This document shows positions 9,377 to 18,958 of a DNA stretch of 64,000 bases, piece after piece. The stretch is from Candidatus Latescibacterota bacterium. Lineage in GTDB: Bacteria; Latescibacterota; UBA2968; GCA-2709665. Below the pieces are notes generated by a model. It searched no databases and was not told where the DNA came from. It was given only the letters and a program-made list of their open reading frames with translations. Position 1 is the stretch's first letter. Every line of letters begins with the position of its first letter. The stretch is taken from the NCBI GenBank assembly GCA_965222075.1, contig OZ244937.1, positions 2,208,001 to 2,272,000 on the forward strand, written 5' to 3'. Position numbers and translations under genes: made by a program.

Positions 9377-10252
9377 TTATGTCCGTGGATCCAGCACATC
9401 CCTCAGCCCGTCGCCCAAGAGGTTAAACGCCAGAACGGTCAGAAAGATGGCAAGGCCGGGAAAGGTCAGCACCCAGGGGGCGCTCAGAATCAACTCCCGT
9501 CCCTCGTTCAGCATGGCGCCCCACTCCGGGGTTGGCGGCTGCGCTCCCAGGCCCAGAAAGCTGAGACCTGCGGCATCTAAGATAGCGGTGGCCAGTCCAA
9601 GCGTCGACTGGACAATCAGGGGGGGCAGACAGTTGGGAAGCACAGCGAACACGAGAACCCGCAGGTCTCCCGCCCCAAGGGCCCGAACCGCCTGCACATA
9701 GTCCTTCTCCCGCACCGAAAGGGCCGAGGCACGCACCAGCCGGGCATACTGGGGCACCGCCACAATCCCCACGGCCAGCATGGCATTGTCCAGGCCTGGG
9801 CCCAGAACGGCCACAATCCCGATTGCCAAGAGGATGCTTGGAAAGGCCAGCATCAGATCCATAGCCCGCATCAGCGCCTGATCCAGCAGGCCGCCCCAGT
9901 ACCCCCCCGTAAGCCCGATGGCCGTCCCCAGAATCAGGGCGATCAGCACCGCGACCACTCCGATCCGCAACGAGATCCGGGACCCGAAAATCACCCGGCT
10001 CAGAATATCCCGGCCAAAATCGTCCGTGCCGAAGGGGTGTGTCGGAGACGGTGGAGAAAGCCGGCTGTAGAGATCCTGTTCCAGCGGATCATAGGGCGCA
10101 GCCAGCGGCGCGGCAAGGGCCAGCAGCAAGAACCCCAGCAGCAGCACACCGCCCGCCACAGCAAGGCGGTTTACCCCCAGCCGCCGCCACAGCATCCCCC
10201 CCCACCCTTCCGACTGGCCTATTTGTGAAACATCAGTCGTTGGTACTATCAT
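9377..10252 (-). CDS. dppC: Dipeptide/oligopeptide ABC permease (DppC/OppC)
   Basis: HPFGTDDFGRDILSRVIFGSRISL, LSFLGLGAQPPTPEWG, GDGLRDVLDP. The start is uncertain and could extend to 10273. Confidence 0.9.
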   Translation of the reverse strand: MIVPTTDVSQIGQSEGWGGMLWRRLGVNRLAVAGGVLLLGFLLLALAAPLAAPYDPLEQDLYSRLSPPSPTHPFGTDDFGRDILSRVIFGSRISLRIGVVAVLIALILGTAIGLTGGYWGGLLDQALMRAMDLMLAFPSILLAIGIVAVLGPGLDNAMLAVGIVAVPQYARLVRASALSVREKDYVQAVRALGAGDLRVLVFAVLPNCLPPLIVQSTLGLATAILDAAGLSFLGLGAQPPTPEWGAMLNEGRELILSAPWVLTFPGLAIFLTVLAFNLLGDGLRDVLDPRT

Positions 10253-10355
10253 ATACAGGCTTCTCCACACCACCCCCGGTTACAGGTCCCGGTCCCCTGT
10301 TCCTCCCCATCCTTTTTTGCCTCTGCCTTTAACCTGAAACGTGGAATCTGGAACT

Positions 10356-11363
10356 TTAGTTTTCGTACTTAATCCTCGGGTCCAACCATGCATACAGCAC
10401 ATCTGCAATCAGATTGATCACGACAAACGTCGCCGCAATCAAAAGCACCCCCCCCTGGATTGCCCTGAAATCCCGGGCATAGACCGCCAGCAGCAGCCAC
10501 CGCCCCACACCGGGCCAGGCGAAAATCGTCTCTGTAATCACCGCTCCCCCGAGGAGGTAGCCGAACTGTAAGCTGATCACTGTGAGCACCGGAATAAAGG
10601 CGTTTTTGAGCGCATGCCGAAAAATCACGACGCGTTCGGACAGCCCCTTGGCCCAGGCCGTGCGTACATAGTCCTCTTTGAGCACCTCCAGCAGGCTGGA
10701 GCGGGTCATGCGCGCAATCACCGCCGCGGGAACCGTCCCCAGCGTCACCCCCGGCAGAACCAGGTGCCACAGGGCGTTGCCAAAAGCATAAAAATCTCCC
10801 ACCAGCAGGCTGTCTACCAGGTAGAGCCCCGTTGCGGAGGGAATAAAAACGTGGGCGCTCAGCCGACCCGACACTGGAAAAATGCCCAGGAAAAGCCCCA
10901 GCCCAAGGATCAGAACCAGCCCCAGCCAGAAAATCGGCATCGAAACGCCCACCAGCGAACCCAGCATCCCCACGTAGTCCAGCAAAGATCCCTTCCGGGT
11001 GGCCGAAAGCACACCCGCAACAATCCCCCCCACAATGGCCAGCATCATACTGACGAAGGTCAGTTCCAGCGTTGCCGGAAATCGGACCAGCAGTTCTACC
11101 GACACCCGTTCGTGGGTCTTGATCGACCGCCCCAGATCCCCTTGAAGCAGCCCTGATAGGTACCGGCCGAACTGCACGTAGAGGGGCTGGTCCAGCCCCA
11201 GTTGGCGGCGCAGCGTCTCCAGGCTCTGAGCGCTGGCCCGCTCCCCCAGCATCACCTGCGCAGGGTCTCCAGGCACCAGGTGGACCATCAGAAAAACCAG
11301 CACACTGATGCCCAGAAGCGTAGGAATCAACAGGAGCAGACGTTGAAGTACAAAAGCACGCAT
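10356..11363 (-). CDS. dppB: Dipeptide/oligopeptide ABC permease (DppB/OppB)
   Basis: LVPGDPA, FPATLEL, DYVRTA.AKGL, ETIFAWPGVG, LDPRI. Confidence 0.92.
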   Translation of the reverse strand: MRAFVLQRLLLLIPTLLGISVLVFLMVHLVPGDPAQVMLGERASAQSLETLRRQLGLDQPLYVQFGRYLSGLLQGDLGRSIKTHERVSVELLVRFPATLELTFVSMMLAIVGGIVAGVLSATRKGSLLDYVGMLGSLVGVSMPIFWLGLVLILGLGLFLGIFPVSGRLSAHVFIPSATGLYLVDSLLVGDFYAFGNALWHLVLPGVTLGTVPAAVIARMTRSSLLEVLKEDYVRTAWAKGLSERVVIFRHALKNAFIPVLTVISLQFGYLLGGAVITETIFAWPGVGRWLLLAVYARDFRAIQGGVLLIAATFVVINLIADVLYAWLDPRIKYEN

Positions 11364-11381
11364 ATTGTAAGATTTGGCCCT

Positions 11382-11408
11382 GTAGGGGCCGACCTGTGTG
11401 TCTGCCCT
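11382..11408 (+). repeat. GTAG-family REP-like palindrome
   Basis: GTAG-GGGCCGAC-CTGTGT-GTCTGCCC in the dppA-dppB intergenic region. Confidence 0.6.
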
Positions 11409-11436
11409 GGTGCGGGGTGGGGGCCGCTGCCCGTTG

Positions 11437-12993
11437 CTACCGCACGATTTCCACGTTGTGAAACCACTTGCTGCCCGTTGGGTGAAGCCGGAACCCCTTC
11501 ACCACCTTCTTAAACGCGGCCGTCTGTGCCGCATGCACCAGGGGCACCCAGGGGGCGTCCCGGTGAACGATCACCTGCGCCTGCCGGTAAAGCGCCGTGC
11601 GGCGGGACATATCGACCTCTCGTTGCGCCTCCACCAGGACCTTATGGAGTTCCTCGCTCCGGTAAAATGCAATATTGCTCGCCGGGTGGACCGTCGCGCT
11701 CTTATCCAGCAGCACATAGAGGAAATTATCCGGATCGCCGTTGTCCCCCGTCCAGCCCAGAAGGGCCATGTCGTGCTGTCCGCGCTGGATCTTGTCCAGA
11801 TACGTCCCCCACTCGAAACTCCTGATCTCCGCCTCGATGCCCACCTCCCTCAAATTGGCCTGAATGGCTTGCGCAATCTTCAACGGTTGAGGCATATAAG
11901 GCCTGGGCACCGGCATGGCCCACAGGGTCGTCTTAAATCCGTTGGGATACCCCGCCTCGGCCAGAAGTTGCCGCGCCTGCTCGGGGTCGTATCCATATCC
12001 GTCGATGCCTTCGTGGTAGCTCCACAGCGTAGGCGGAATCGGATTCACAGCCGGCAGGGCCAGCCCCTGGTAAAGGTTGTCCACCAGCGCCTGCTTGTTG
12101 ATCGCGTGGTTCACGGCCCGGCGGACCTTGAGCAGGCCGAACGGCTGCCGGTCCATATTCATCGCCAGGTAGCCCACATTCATCCCGGACTGCGACAAGA
12201 GCTGGAGTTTTGGATCGGCCTCGATATTGGGCATAAAATCGGGCACCAGGTTGTCCATTCCGTCAATCGAGCCCTGTATCAGCGCAATCAGACGCACCGA
12301 ATTTTCCGGAATACTCCTGAAGATGAGCCGGTCGACCCCGGGCGGGGGGCCCCAGTAGTCCGCATTGCGTTCCAGCACAACCCGATCGTCTTTGATCCAT
12401 TCCACAAACCGGAACGGCCCCGTACCCACCGGATGCCGGGGATAGTCGCTGGCCCACTTCCGCACGGCGGCGGGACTGACAATCCCGCAGAAATTCATCG
12501 CCAAGTTCGAAAGAAAAGGCGCATTAGGCCGCTTCAGTTCGATCTCCACCCGATAATCGTCCACCTTCCGCATGTCCTTGACAATATCGCTCATCGACAT
12601 GCTGTTCCAGTACTGATACGCCCCTTCCACGTGGTGGAAGGGGTGGTCGGTCATAAACTGCCGGCCCAGCGAAAAGACCACCGCATCGGCATTAAAGGGC
12701 GTACCATCGTGGAACACCACGCCCCGGCGCAGGTGGAACGTCCACGTCAACCCGTCTTCGGAAACCGTCCACGACTCGGCCAGACTCGGGATCAACTCGG
12801 TATTCTCCGGCTTAAAGTTCACCAGCGTATCGTAGATATTATCACAAACCTTGAACGACTCCCCGTCGGTCTCCAGCGCCGGATCCAGACCCACCGAATC
12901 CCCCCCACGGCCGAACACAAGCGTGCGATTCTCCTGCTGACCGCAGGAAACAACACACAGGAAAAGCACGGTAAACAGCCAGCGCATGTACAT
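11437..12993 (-). CDS. dppA: Dipeptide ABC substrate-binding lipoprotein (SBP family 5)
   Basis: Lipobox-like VVSC, LAESW.VS.DG..WTF.LR.GV.FHDG, GTGPF, WAMPVPRPY, GWTGDNGDPDNF. Confidence 0.92.
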   Translation of the reverse strand: MYMRWLFTVLFLCVVSCGQQENRTLVFGRGGDSVGLDPALETDGESFKVCDNIYDTLVNFKPENTELIPSLAESWTVSEDGLTWTFHLRRGVVFHDGTPFNADAVVFSLGRQFMTDHPFHHVEGAYQYWNSMSMSDIVKDMRKVDDYRVEIELKRPNAPFLSNLAMNFCGIVSPAAVRKWASDYPRHPVGTGPFRFVEWIKDDRVVLERNADYWGPPPGVDRLIFRSIPENSVRLIALIQGSIDGMDNLVPDFMPNIEADPKLQLLSQSGMNVGYLAMNMDRQPFGLLKVRRAVNHAINKQALVDNLYQGLALPAVNPIPPTLWSYHEGIDGYGYDPEQARQLLAEAGYPNGFKTTLWAMPVPRPYMPQPLKIAQAIQANLREVGIEAEIRSFEWGTYLDKIQRGQHDMALLGWTGDNGDPDNFLYVLLDKSATVHPASNIAFYRSEELHKVLVEAQREVDMSRRTALYRQAQVIVHRDAPWVPLVHAAQTAAFKKVVKGFRLHPTGSKWFHNVEIVR

Positions 12994-13048
12994 AGGAACG
13001 CCCCATAAGAAGGGGTCAGCAATCACTGACCACCCACCAACCCACCAC

Positions 13049-14050
13049 TCACTTCTCCGAAAACGCGGCGTCGAACGCCACTCCGGAGGATTCGAAATCG
13101 ATGCTGTTCACAAATGCGCAGGCCTCGGCCGCCCCGTGCTCCCGGTCCATCCCCGAGTCCTCCCACTCCACGGACAGCGGGCCGTTGTAGCCGATATCGT
13201 TCAGTGTCCGAATAATCTCCTCGAAATCCACACTCCCCCTTCCCAGCGACCGGAAATCCCACGATCGGTTCGGATCTCCAAAGTTCGTATGCCCCCCAAA
13301 CACACCTGCGCGCGTGGGCAGAGGCGAGGCGTAAACATCCTTCATATGGACGTGATAAATCCGATCGCCGAACTCCCGGATAAATCCGACGTAGTCCACA
13401 TTCTGGTAAAGCAGATGGCTTGGATCGTAATTAAACCCGAACTCCTTCCGGTTCTTAAGCGCCTTCACCGCCCGCGCTGTCGATACGGTGTCAAACGCGA
13501 TCTCGGTCGGGTGGACCTCCAGCGCAAATTTGACCCTGTTCTTTTTAAACGCATCTAAGATTGGATTCCACCGGTCCGCAAAATCCTTGAACCCGGCCTC
13601 AATCGCCGCCGGATCAACGGGTGGGAAAGCGTAGAGCAGGTGCCAGATCGAAGACCCGGTGAACCCGTTCACCACCTTCACCCCCAGCGCCTTCGCCGCC
13701 TCGGCCGTCACTTGCATCTCCCTGGCCGCGCGCCGCTTCACCTGCTCCGGCTTCCCGTCGCCCCATACCCTGGGCGGCAGAAGCGCCGCGTGGCGTTCAT
13801 CGATATGATCACACACCGCCTGTCCCACCAGGTGGTTGCTAATCGCCCAGAACGTCAGCCCGTACTTCTCTAAAATCTCGTGCCGGCTCCGGCAATACCT
13901 GTCGCTCGACGCTGCCTTGCGCACGTCTAAGTGGTCGCCCCAGCAGGCGAGTTCCAGACCGTCGTAGCCCCAATCGCTCGCCTTCTGTGCAAGCGCCTCA
14001 AGCGGCAGGTCCGCCCACTGGCCGGTAAATAATGTACACGGTCTTGCCAT
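13049..14050 (-). CDS. Sugar phosphate isomerase/epimerase family (xylose isomerase-like TIM barrel)
   Basis: [10 protein letters not shown] plus metal ligands in ALEVHP, NYDPSH, HVHMKD and SVEWED. Confidence 0.88.
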   Translation of the reverse strand: MARPCTLFTGQWADLPLEALAQKASDWGYDGLELACWGDHLDVRKAASSDRYCRSRHEILEKYGLTFWAISNHLVGQAVCDHIDERHAALLPPRVWGDGKPEQVKRRAAREMQVTAEAAKALGVKVVNGFTGSSIWHLLYAFPPVDPAAIEAGFKDFADRWNPILDAFKKNRVKFALEVHPTEIAFDTVSTARAVKALKNRKEFGFNYDPSHLLYQNVDYVGFIREFGDRIYHVHMKDVYASPLPTRAGVFGGHTNFGDPNRSWDFRSLGRGSVDFEEIIRTLNDIGYNGPLSVEWEDSGMDREHGAAEACAFVNSIDFESSGVAFDAAFSEK

Positions 14051-14143
14051 AACAGATGCTCCTCCCAACTGCGGAGTGTGGATTGCAGATTGCGGAATGA
14101 AAGATAAAAAACCCGCAACTCCTTAAAGGGGGCCCCGGGGGGA

Positions 14144-15313
14144 TTATACCCTGGATACTTTCACCCACCGCTTCGACTTCGCCGACTGGACCGCCGCCTC
14201 CATTACCGCCTGGACCTTTGTCCCCTCTTTGAAGTCGGGCGACGCCTTCCGATCCCTGACGATCGCCTCGAAGAAATCCTTCACCTCGTGGACAAATGTA
14301 TGCTCCCAACCCACAAGGTGTCCCGGCGGCCACCATGCCGACATGTAGGGATGCGACCCTTCATTCACAATAATCTCCCGGAACCCCTGGACGTGCTCCT
14401 CGTCCTCCCGAGAATAGTACTGCAACTCGTTCATCTTCTCCAGGTTGAACGCAATGCTCCCCTTGCTGCCGTTGATCTCAAACCGGTTGTGGTTGCGCCT
14501 GCCGGCCGCGAATCGGGTCGCTTCGAACGAACCCAGCGCTCCATTCTTGAACCGGGCCAGAAACAGCGTGGCATCCTCCACCGTCACCGTCCCGGTCCTC
14601 TTTCCCCTGTCTCCCGTTGCCCCCAATGAGACGTCGATCGATGCTACAAGCGGGCGTTTCTGGATAAAGGTCGTATCCGCCCCCACAACCGTATCGATAT
14701 CCCCTACCAGGTGAAGCGCAAGGTCAATAATATGGGCGCCCAAATCCCCGAGTGGCCCAGAACCCGACAGGCGCTTCTTCAGGCGCCACACCAGCGGAAA
14801 ATCGGGATCGATAATCCAGTCCTGCAAATAAACCGCCCGCCAGTGATAAATCTGCCCGATCCGCCCCTCCTGAATCAGCTGCTTGGCCAGGGCTACCGCA
14901 GGCACCCGCCGGTAGTTGAAAGCCACCATCGTCTTTTGGTTCGACTTATTGGCAACCTTCAGAATTTCCTTCGCCTCTATTAAGTTGTTCGCCAGCGGCT
15001 TTTCACAAATCACGTGCTTGCCGGCCTTCAGCGCCTCAATCGCCATCGGTTTATGCATATTTCCGGGCGAACAGATATCCACTACATCGATATCCTCTCG
15101 CGCAACCACCCGCCGCCAGTTCGTCGCGTACTCCTCCCACCCAAACTGTGCCGCGGCCTGGCTCACCGCCTCCCGGTTCCGGCCGCAGATCACTTTCATC
15201 ACAGGTTCGACGCCGGTATCCGGGAAAAACATAGACACCTTACGAAACGCGTTGCTGTGCGCCTTCCCCATAAAGGAATAACCAATAAGCCCGATGTTCA
15301 ACTGTTTGGCCAT
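14144..15313 (-). CDS. Gfo/Idh/MocA NAD-dependent oxidoreductase (levoglucosan dehydrogenase-like clade)
   Basis: IGLIG..FMGKAH, CEKPLA, FNYRRVPA, YLQDW, G.LGDLGAHIID. Confidence 0.92.
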   Translation of the reverse strand: MAKQLNIGLIGYSFMGKAHSNAFRKVSMFFPDTGVEPVMKVICGRNREAVSQAAAQFGWEEYATNWRRVVAREDIDVVDICSPGNMHKPMAIEALKAGKHVICEKPLANNLIEAKEILKVANKSNQKTMVAFNYRRVPAVALAKQLIQEGRIGQIYHWRAVYLQDWIIDPDFPLVWRLKKRLSGSGPLGDLGAHIIDLALHLVGDIDTVVGADTTFIQKRPLVASIDVSLGATGDRGKRTGTVTVEDATLFLARFKNGALGSFEATRFAAGRRNHNRFEINGSKGSIAFNLEKMNELQYYSREDEEHVQGFREIIVNEGSHPYMSAWWPPGHLVGWEHTFVHEVKDFFEAIVRDRKASPDFKEGTKVQAVMEAAVQSAKSKRWVKVSRV

Positions 15314-15373
15314 AATACCCTCCTTTGACCCACATCGCAACCAACCAAAAGCAGCGTCTCGTGAAACCCATCC

Positions 15374-15401
15374 AATATATCAATCCCTCTACTCTTGTCA
15401 A
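15374..15401 (-). promoter_or_regulatory. Candidate promoter for the oxidoreductase-isomerase-dpp operon
   Basis: TTGACA-16 bp-TATATT, preceded by an extended -10 TG. Confidence 0.6.
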
Positions 15402-15506
15402 CGGATTTTGGAACCAGAACCTCAGTGAAAATCAGGATTCGCTTCACGCTTCGCAGCGGATCCTCGATAAAAAACGGGTCCTGCAACGCTTTTTCGATTC
15501 GGTAGT

Positions 15507-17069
15507 TCATGCCCTTTTCTCCTTCAGCTCTGCCTGGATTGTCTCTGCCGACTTAAGGGCCACCTTATGCCATTGCCCGCCCTCCTGCCGCCAGGAAAAA
15601 TGAACGTCTGCGTCACCACCGTTGAAAAACCGCACCACGCCTTCCTCCGACACCGGCGGAATCACCAGCATCAGCACCTCTTCTGGCAGACCTGGACCTC
15701 CGACCTCTGGCGCCACCTCAACCGCCGGGCGCACGGCACCCTGCACCTCCTGCGTCCCCAGCAGCAGTGGTCCGTAGCACCCCGTCACCGCGCCCCATCC
15801 CCAGTTACGCCCGTGTCCCGCCGCCACAGAACAGACCGCCCCGCCCATATCCGCGTGCTCCCGCCCTCCACGCAGCACCCGCCGTGCCATCCGCAACCGC
15901 CTCACCGCCTGCTTCAACGCCCTTTCGGCATAACCCGCGTCTCCGGTCATCCGATAGCCCAGTGTCAGCGCCGCCGTGCATGGCTCCCTGACCGGTGCCA
16001 CGCTGCCCGCCGCATCGTCCCAGATCCCCCAGAACACCATATCCGCCCGCTTCCCAACCCCCGGCGGCGTCCGCCGCCGGACCTCCGGAAACACCATCGC
16101 CAGCTCCCCCTCCTGCTCGGGCGGCATCCGGTCCACCATCTCCCGAATCCGCTCATCCAGGGAATCGTCCCCGAACGTCTCACGGTAGTACGAAACCGCA
16201 GCCGCGCCCGGATCGGCATAGGAGTCGTGCAACTCGTCCACCAGCGGTTGGGCAATCCGGAAGGCCGCGTCTTGGAACACCGCCTCGCCCGAGGCCCGAA
16301 ACAGGTCGCCCAGCGCGTATATCGCCCCCGACGCCAGCAGCATCTCCACGCCGATCAGAGGGTCTCCGGGCACATGGTGGCTCATCACGCTCCTCCGGGC
16401 CTGTGCCTCGGTCAGGTCCGCTGCCCACACCGGCTCACCCTCCGGCCCCCACATAACCGGCAGCGGCCCCTCCGGAACCTCGACGATCATCTTCGCCCGC
16501 CGCCGCCCGTAGCGAAGCGCCCACTCCAGGTAGCTGATCTCCCCCAGCACCCGGTGTGCCGCCAGCGCCATATGGACAAACCGGAAATGCTCGGCCAGCT
16601 CATTGGCAAATTCCCGGTCCTGTTTGACCGTCCGCGTTCCGATATAATACCCGTAAAACCGGTTGCGCTCCCAATCGAACCAGGCTGGAATCTCCGGGAT
16701 CCAGTTTCCGATGTGGTGCGCTGCATCTTCTAACAACCCCCTGGCTTTTGCATCCTCCGGAAAGAGTCCCAGGTATCGCGGCAAAAACAGCAGGAACGGC
16801 TCCGTTCCGTGGTGCGCTTCGGCCTCCGGCTCGTACCCGTGCACGCACTCCCGTTCCACCCACCCGGCCAGCAGGTCTCTCAGGTACTCGAAATGCGCTT
16901 TCGTCCCGGTGCTCCCCGTCACCAGATAGTGCGGAAACCAGGCTAAGGAATAATTCGCCTCGTCTTCGCCTCCCCCGTGGCGGCCGGGAGGGTCCATCTC
17001 CCAGCTTTGCGCCAGCCACGCCTCCATCTCCTCCCGCAGCGCCTGGTAGGGTTCAAAACAGGCTTCCAT
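15507..17069 (-). CDS. Hypothetical protein (520 aa, helical, possibly an alpha/alpha-barrel carbohydrate-active fold)
   Basis: Long ORF with host-like codon bias and an SD (GGAGG). No recognised family. Confidence 0.7.
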   Translation of the reverse strand: MEACFEPYQALREEMEAWLAQSWEMDPPGRHGGGEDEANYSLAWFPHYLVTGSTGTKAHFEYLRDLLAGWVERECVHGYEPEAEAHHGTEPFLLFLPRYLGLFPEDAKARGLLEDAAHHIGNWIPEIPAWFDWERNRFYGYYIGTRTVKQDREFANELAEHFRFVHMALAAHRVLGEISYLEWALRYGRRRAKMIVEVPEGPLPVMWGPEGEPVWAADLTEAQARRSVMSHHVPGDPLIGVEMLLASGAIYALGDLFRASGEAVFQDAAFRIAQPLVDELHDSYADPGAAAVSYYRETFGDDSLDERIREMVDRMPPEQEGELAMVFPEVRRRTPPGVGKRADMVFWGIWDDAAGSVAPVREPCTAALTLGYRMTGDAGYAERALKQAVRRLRMARRVLRGGREHADMGGAVCSVAAGHGRNWGWGAVTGCYGPLLLGTQEVQGAVRPAVEVAPEVGGPGLPEEVLMLVIPPVSEEGVVRFFNGGDADVHFSWRQEGGQWHKVALKSAETIQAELKEKRA

Positions 17070-17072
17070 CGA

Positions 17073-17348
17073 TCATCCTCCTACATAAAACCTCTGTACC
17101 AGAATCGTTGCCAGCCCCAGATAGATAAAAAGCCTCAGGATATCGTTGGTCGTCGTAATAAACGGCCCCGAAGCCACCGCAGGATCGATCCCGACCCTGG
17201 AAAACACCAGGGGCGCCAGCACCCCTTTGAGCGCCTCCTGATCTTCCAGCGCCAGGAGCTCGTACACCACCTCCACCAACGCCTCGATGCGGGCCTCTGT
17301 CTCACCGCCGGGAATGTCGGGAACCTTCGGTTCGTCTGCCACGGCCAA
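17073..17348 (-). pseudogene. mgtE: Magnesium transporter MgtE remnant (internal deletion)
   Basis: The C-terminal half GIDPAVASGPFITTTNDIL.LFIYLGLA is the MgtE final TM motif. The ORF is only 91 aa versus ~450 aa for intact MgtE. Confidence 0.8.
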
Positions 17349-17357
17349 CCTCTCGTT

Positions 17358-18722
17358 TTACACGCTCGCCAACCCAACCCGGAACGCCTCCACAATCCTG
17401 TCCGCCTCCGCCTCGATCAAAATCAGCGGCGGCGACAGGAAAAACATGCTCTCGGGCCCGGCCATTACGTGGCTCATCCGCCCCACCAGCACGCCTTCCT
17501 CCCGGATCCGGGCGTGCACCTGTGCCATCCGTTCCCCATCCAGCATCGCCCCATCTTCACCCACCAGCTCCACGGCCGCCATCAATCCCCTCCCCCGCAC
17601 ATCGCCAACAAAGGGCGAGTCCAGTCCCCGGAGGCCCTCCAGGAGGTGCGCCCCCACCCGGGCCGAATTTTCCCAGAGCCGTTCGCCCATCAAAATCTCA
17701 ATATTGGCCAGGGCCGCTGCGCAGCAGACCGGATGCCCCCCATACGTGGCCACCTGCGAAAGCTCCCGCTCCTCCTGTGGCTCGCCCAGAAAGGCCTCGA
17801 AGACCTCCGGCGTAACCGCGCATGCCCCCAGGGGCAGGTACCCGCTCGTTACCCCCTTCGCAATCGTCATCATGTCCGGCACCACCCCCCAGTGCTCCGA
17901 GGCAAACAGCTTCCCCGTACGCCCGAACCCCGTAATCACCTCGTCAAAAATCAGCAGCGTCCCGTATGTATCGCAGATCTCCCGCAGCCTGGGCAGGTAC
18001 TCATCCGGCGGAACGATCACCCCGCCCCCTCCGATAATCGGCTCGACAATAACCGCCGCCACAGTCTCCGGATCTTCCCGGATAATGACCTCCTCTACCT
18101 CCTCCACACAGGCCAGCCCGCAGGCAGGGTAGGTCAACTTCAGCGGACACTGGTAGCAGTAGGGCGGATCTACATGCATGAACCCCGGCACCAGCGGCTC
18201 AAACCTGTTCCGGCGCTTCACCTGCCCCGTTGCCGACATCGCCCCGTACGTAAACCCGTGGTACCCCTGGTAGCGGGCGATCACCTTGTACCGGTTCTGA
18301 CCGGGATATTTCTGCCGCCCGTACTGCCGGGCGATCTTCAGCGCCGTCTCGTTGGCCTCCGACCCACTGTTGCAGAAAAACAGGTGGTTCAGATCCCCCG
18401 GCAGAATCCCGGCCAGCCGCGCCGCCAGTTGGGCCGCCGGCGCCGTCACCTGTAAGTTCGGATAGTACGGCAGCCGACGCATTTGATCGTACACCGCCTC
18501 TGCAATCTCCTCTCTGCCGTAGCCCACATTCACATTCCACAGACCCGCGTAAGCATCCAGGTAAGACCGTCCCTCTCCGTCCACCAGCGTGGTCCCCTTC
18601 GCCTCCCGGATCACCGTCAGGTCCCGGTTTTCCAGCGACCTGTGCTGCAGCATCGGGTGCCACACGTGGGCGCGGTCCTGCGCCCGAACCTCCCGAACGT
18701 CCAGATTCTCTGTCTGGGACAT
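17358..18722 (-). CDS. Class III PLP aminotransferase (omega-amino acid/BioA-like)
   Basis: GLWNVNVGYGR, SGSEANETA, YHG.T, FDEVITGFGRTG, AKG.TSGY.PLG, TYGGHP. Confidence 0.93.
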   Translation of the reverse strand: MSQTENLDVREVRAQDRAHVWHPMLQHRSLENRDLTVIREAKGTTLVDGEGRSYLDAYAGLWNVNVGYGREEIAEAVYDQMRRLPYYPNLQVTAPAAQLAARLAGILPGDLNHLFFCNSGSEANETALKIARQYGRQKYPGQNRYKVIARYQGYHGFTYGAMSATGQVKRRNRFEPLVPGFMHVDPPYCYQCPLKLTYPACGLACVEEVEEVIIREDPETVAAVIVEPIIGGGGVIVPPDEYLPRLREICDTYGTLLIFDEVITGFGRTGKLFASEHWGVVPDMMTIAKGVTSGYLPLGACAVTPEVFEAFLGEPQEERELSQVATYGGHPVCCAAALANIEILMGERLWENSARVGAHLLEGLRGLDSPFVGDVRGRGLMAAVELVGEDGAMLDGERMAQVHARIREEGVLVGRMSHVMAGPESMFFLSPPLILIEAEADRIVEAFRVGLASV

Positions 18723-18747
18723 TGACACCTCCTGTTTTCTATAAATG

Positions 18748-18792
18748 GACGACGGACGACGGCTTTGGAAGTTTGGCCGTGGTCTGTCGTCT
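18748..18792. repeat. 45-bp dispersed hairpin repeat, copy 2
   Basis: 40/45 identical to 3275-3319. Confidence 0.85.
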
Positions 18793-18820
18793 GCGGTCCC
18801 TACTCTGTGGTAATTTTATC

Positions 18821-18849
18821 TTGACGCCCCCGGTCTCCTTCGCTAATTT
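18821..18849 (+). promoter_or_regulatory. Candidate promoter for the flavoprotein gene
   Basis: TTGACG-17 bp-TAATTT. Confidence 0.55.
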
Positions 18850-18879
18850 GTAGCCTCCGTATCGTGCGTGCAGGTGTCC

Positions 18880-18908
18880 ATCATAGCGCATTCATCCGAC
18901 AAAGTCAA
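18880..18908 (-). promoter_or_regulatory. Candidate promoter for the aminotransferase operon
   Basis: TTGACT-17 bp-TATGAT on the minus strand. Confidence 0.7.
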
Positions 18909-18958
18909 GACCTACCGGCGCCCGTGAACCGCCCCAGGGCCTCTAACCGACCCCCTTT

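Noticed and set aside
11398-13008. Long antisense ORFs (also 16977-18455, 20294-21637, 62227-63387 and others)
   Set aside because: They are shadows of well-supported genes on the opposite strand, as expected with strong GC3 bias.
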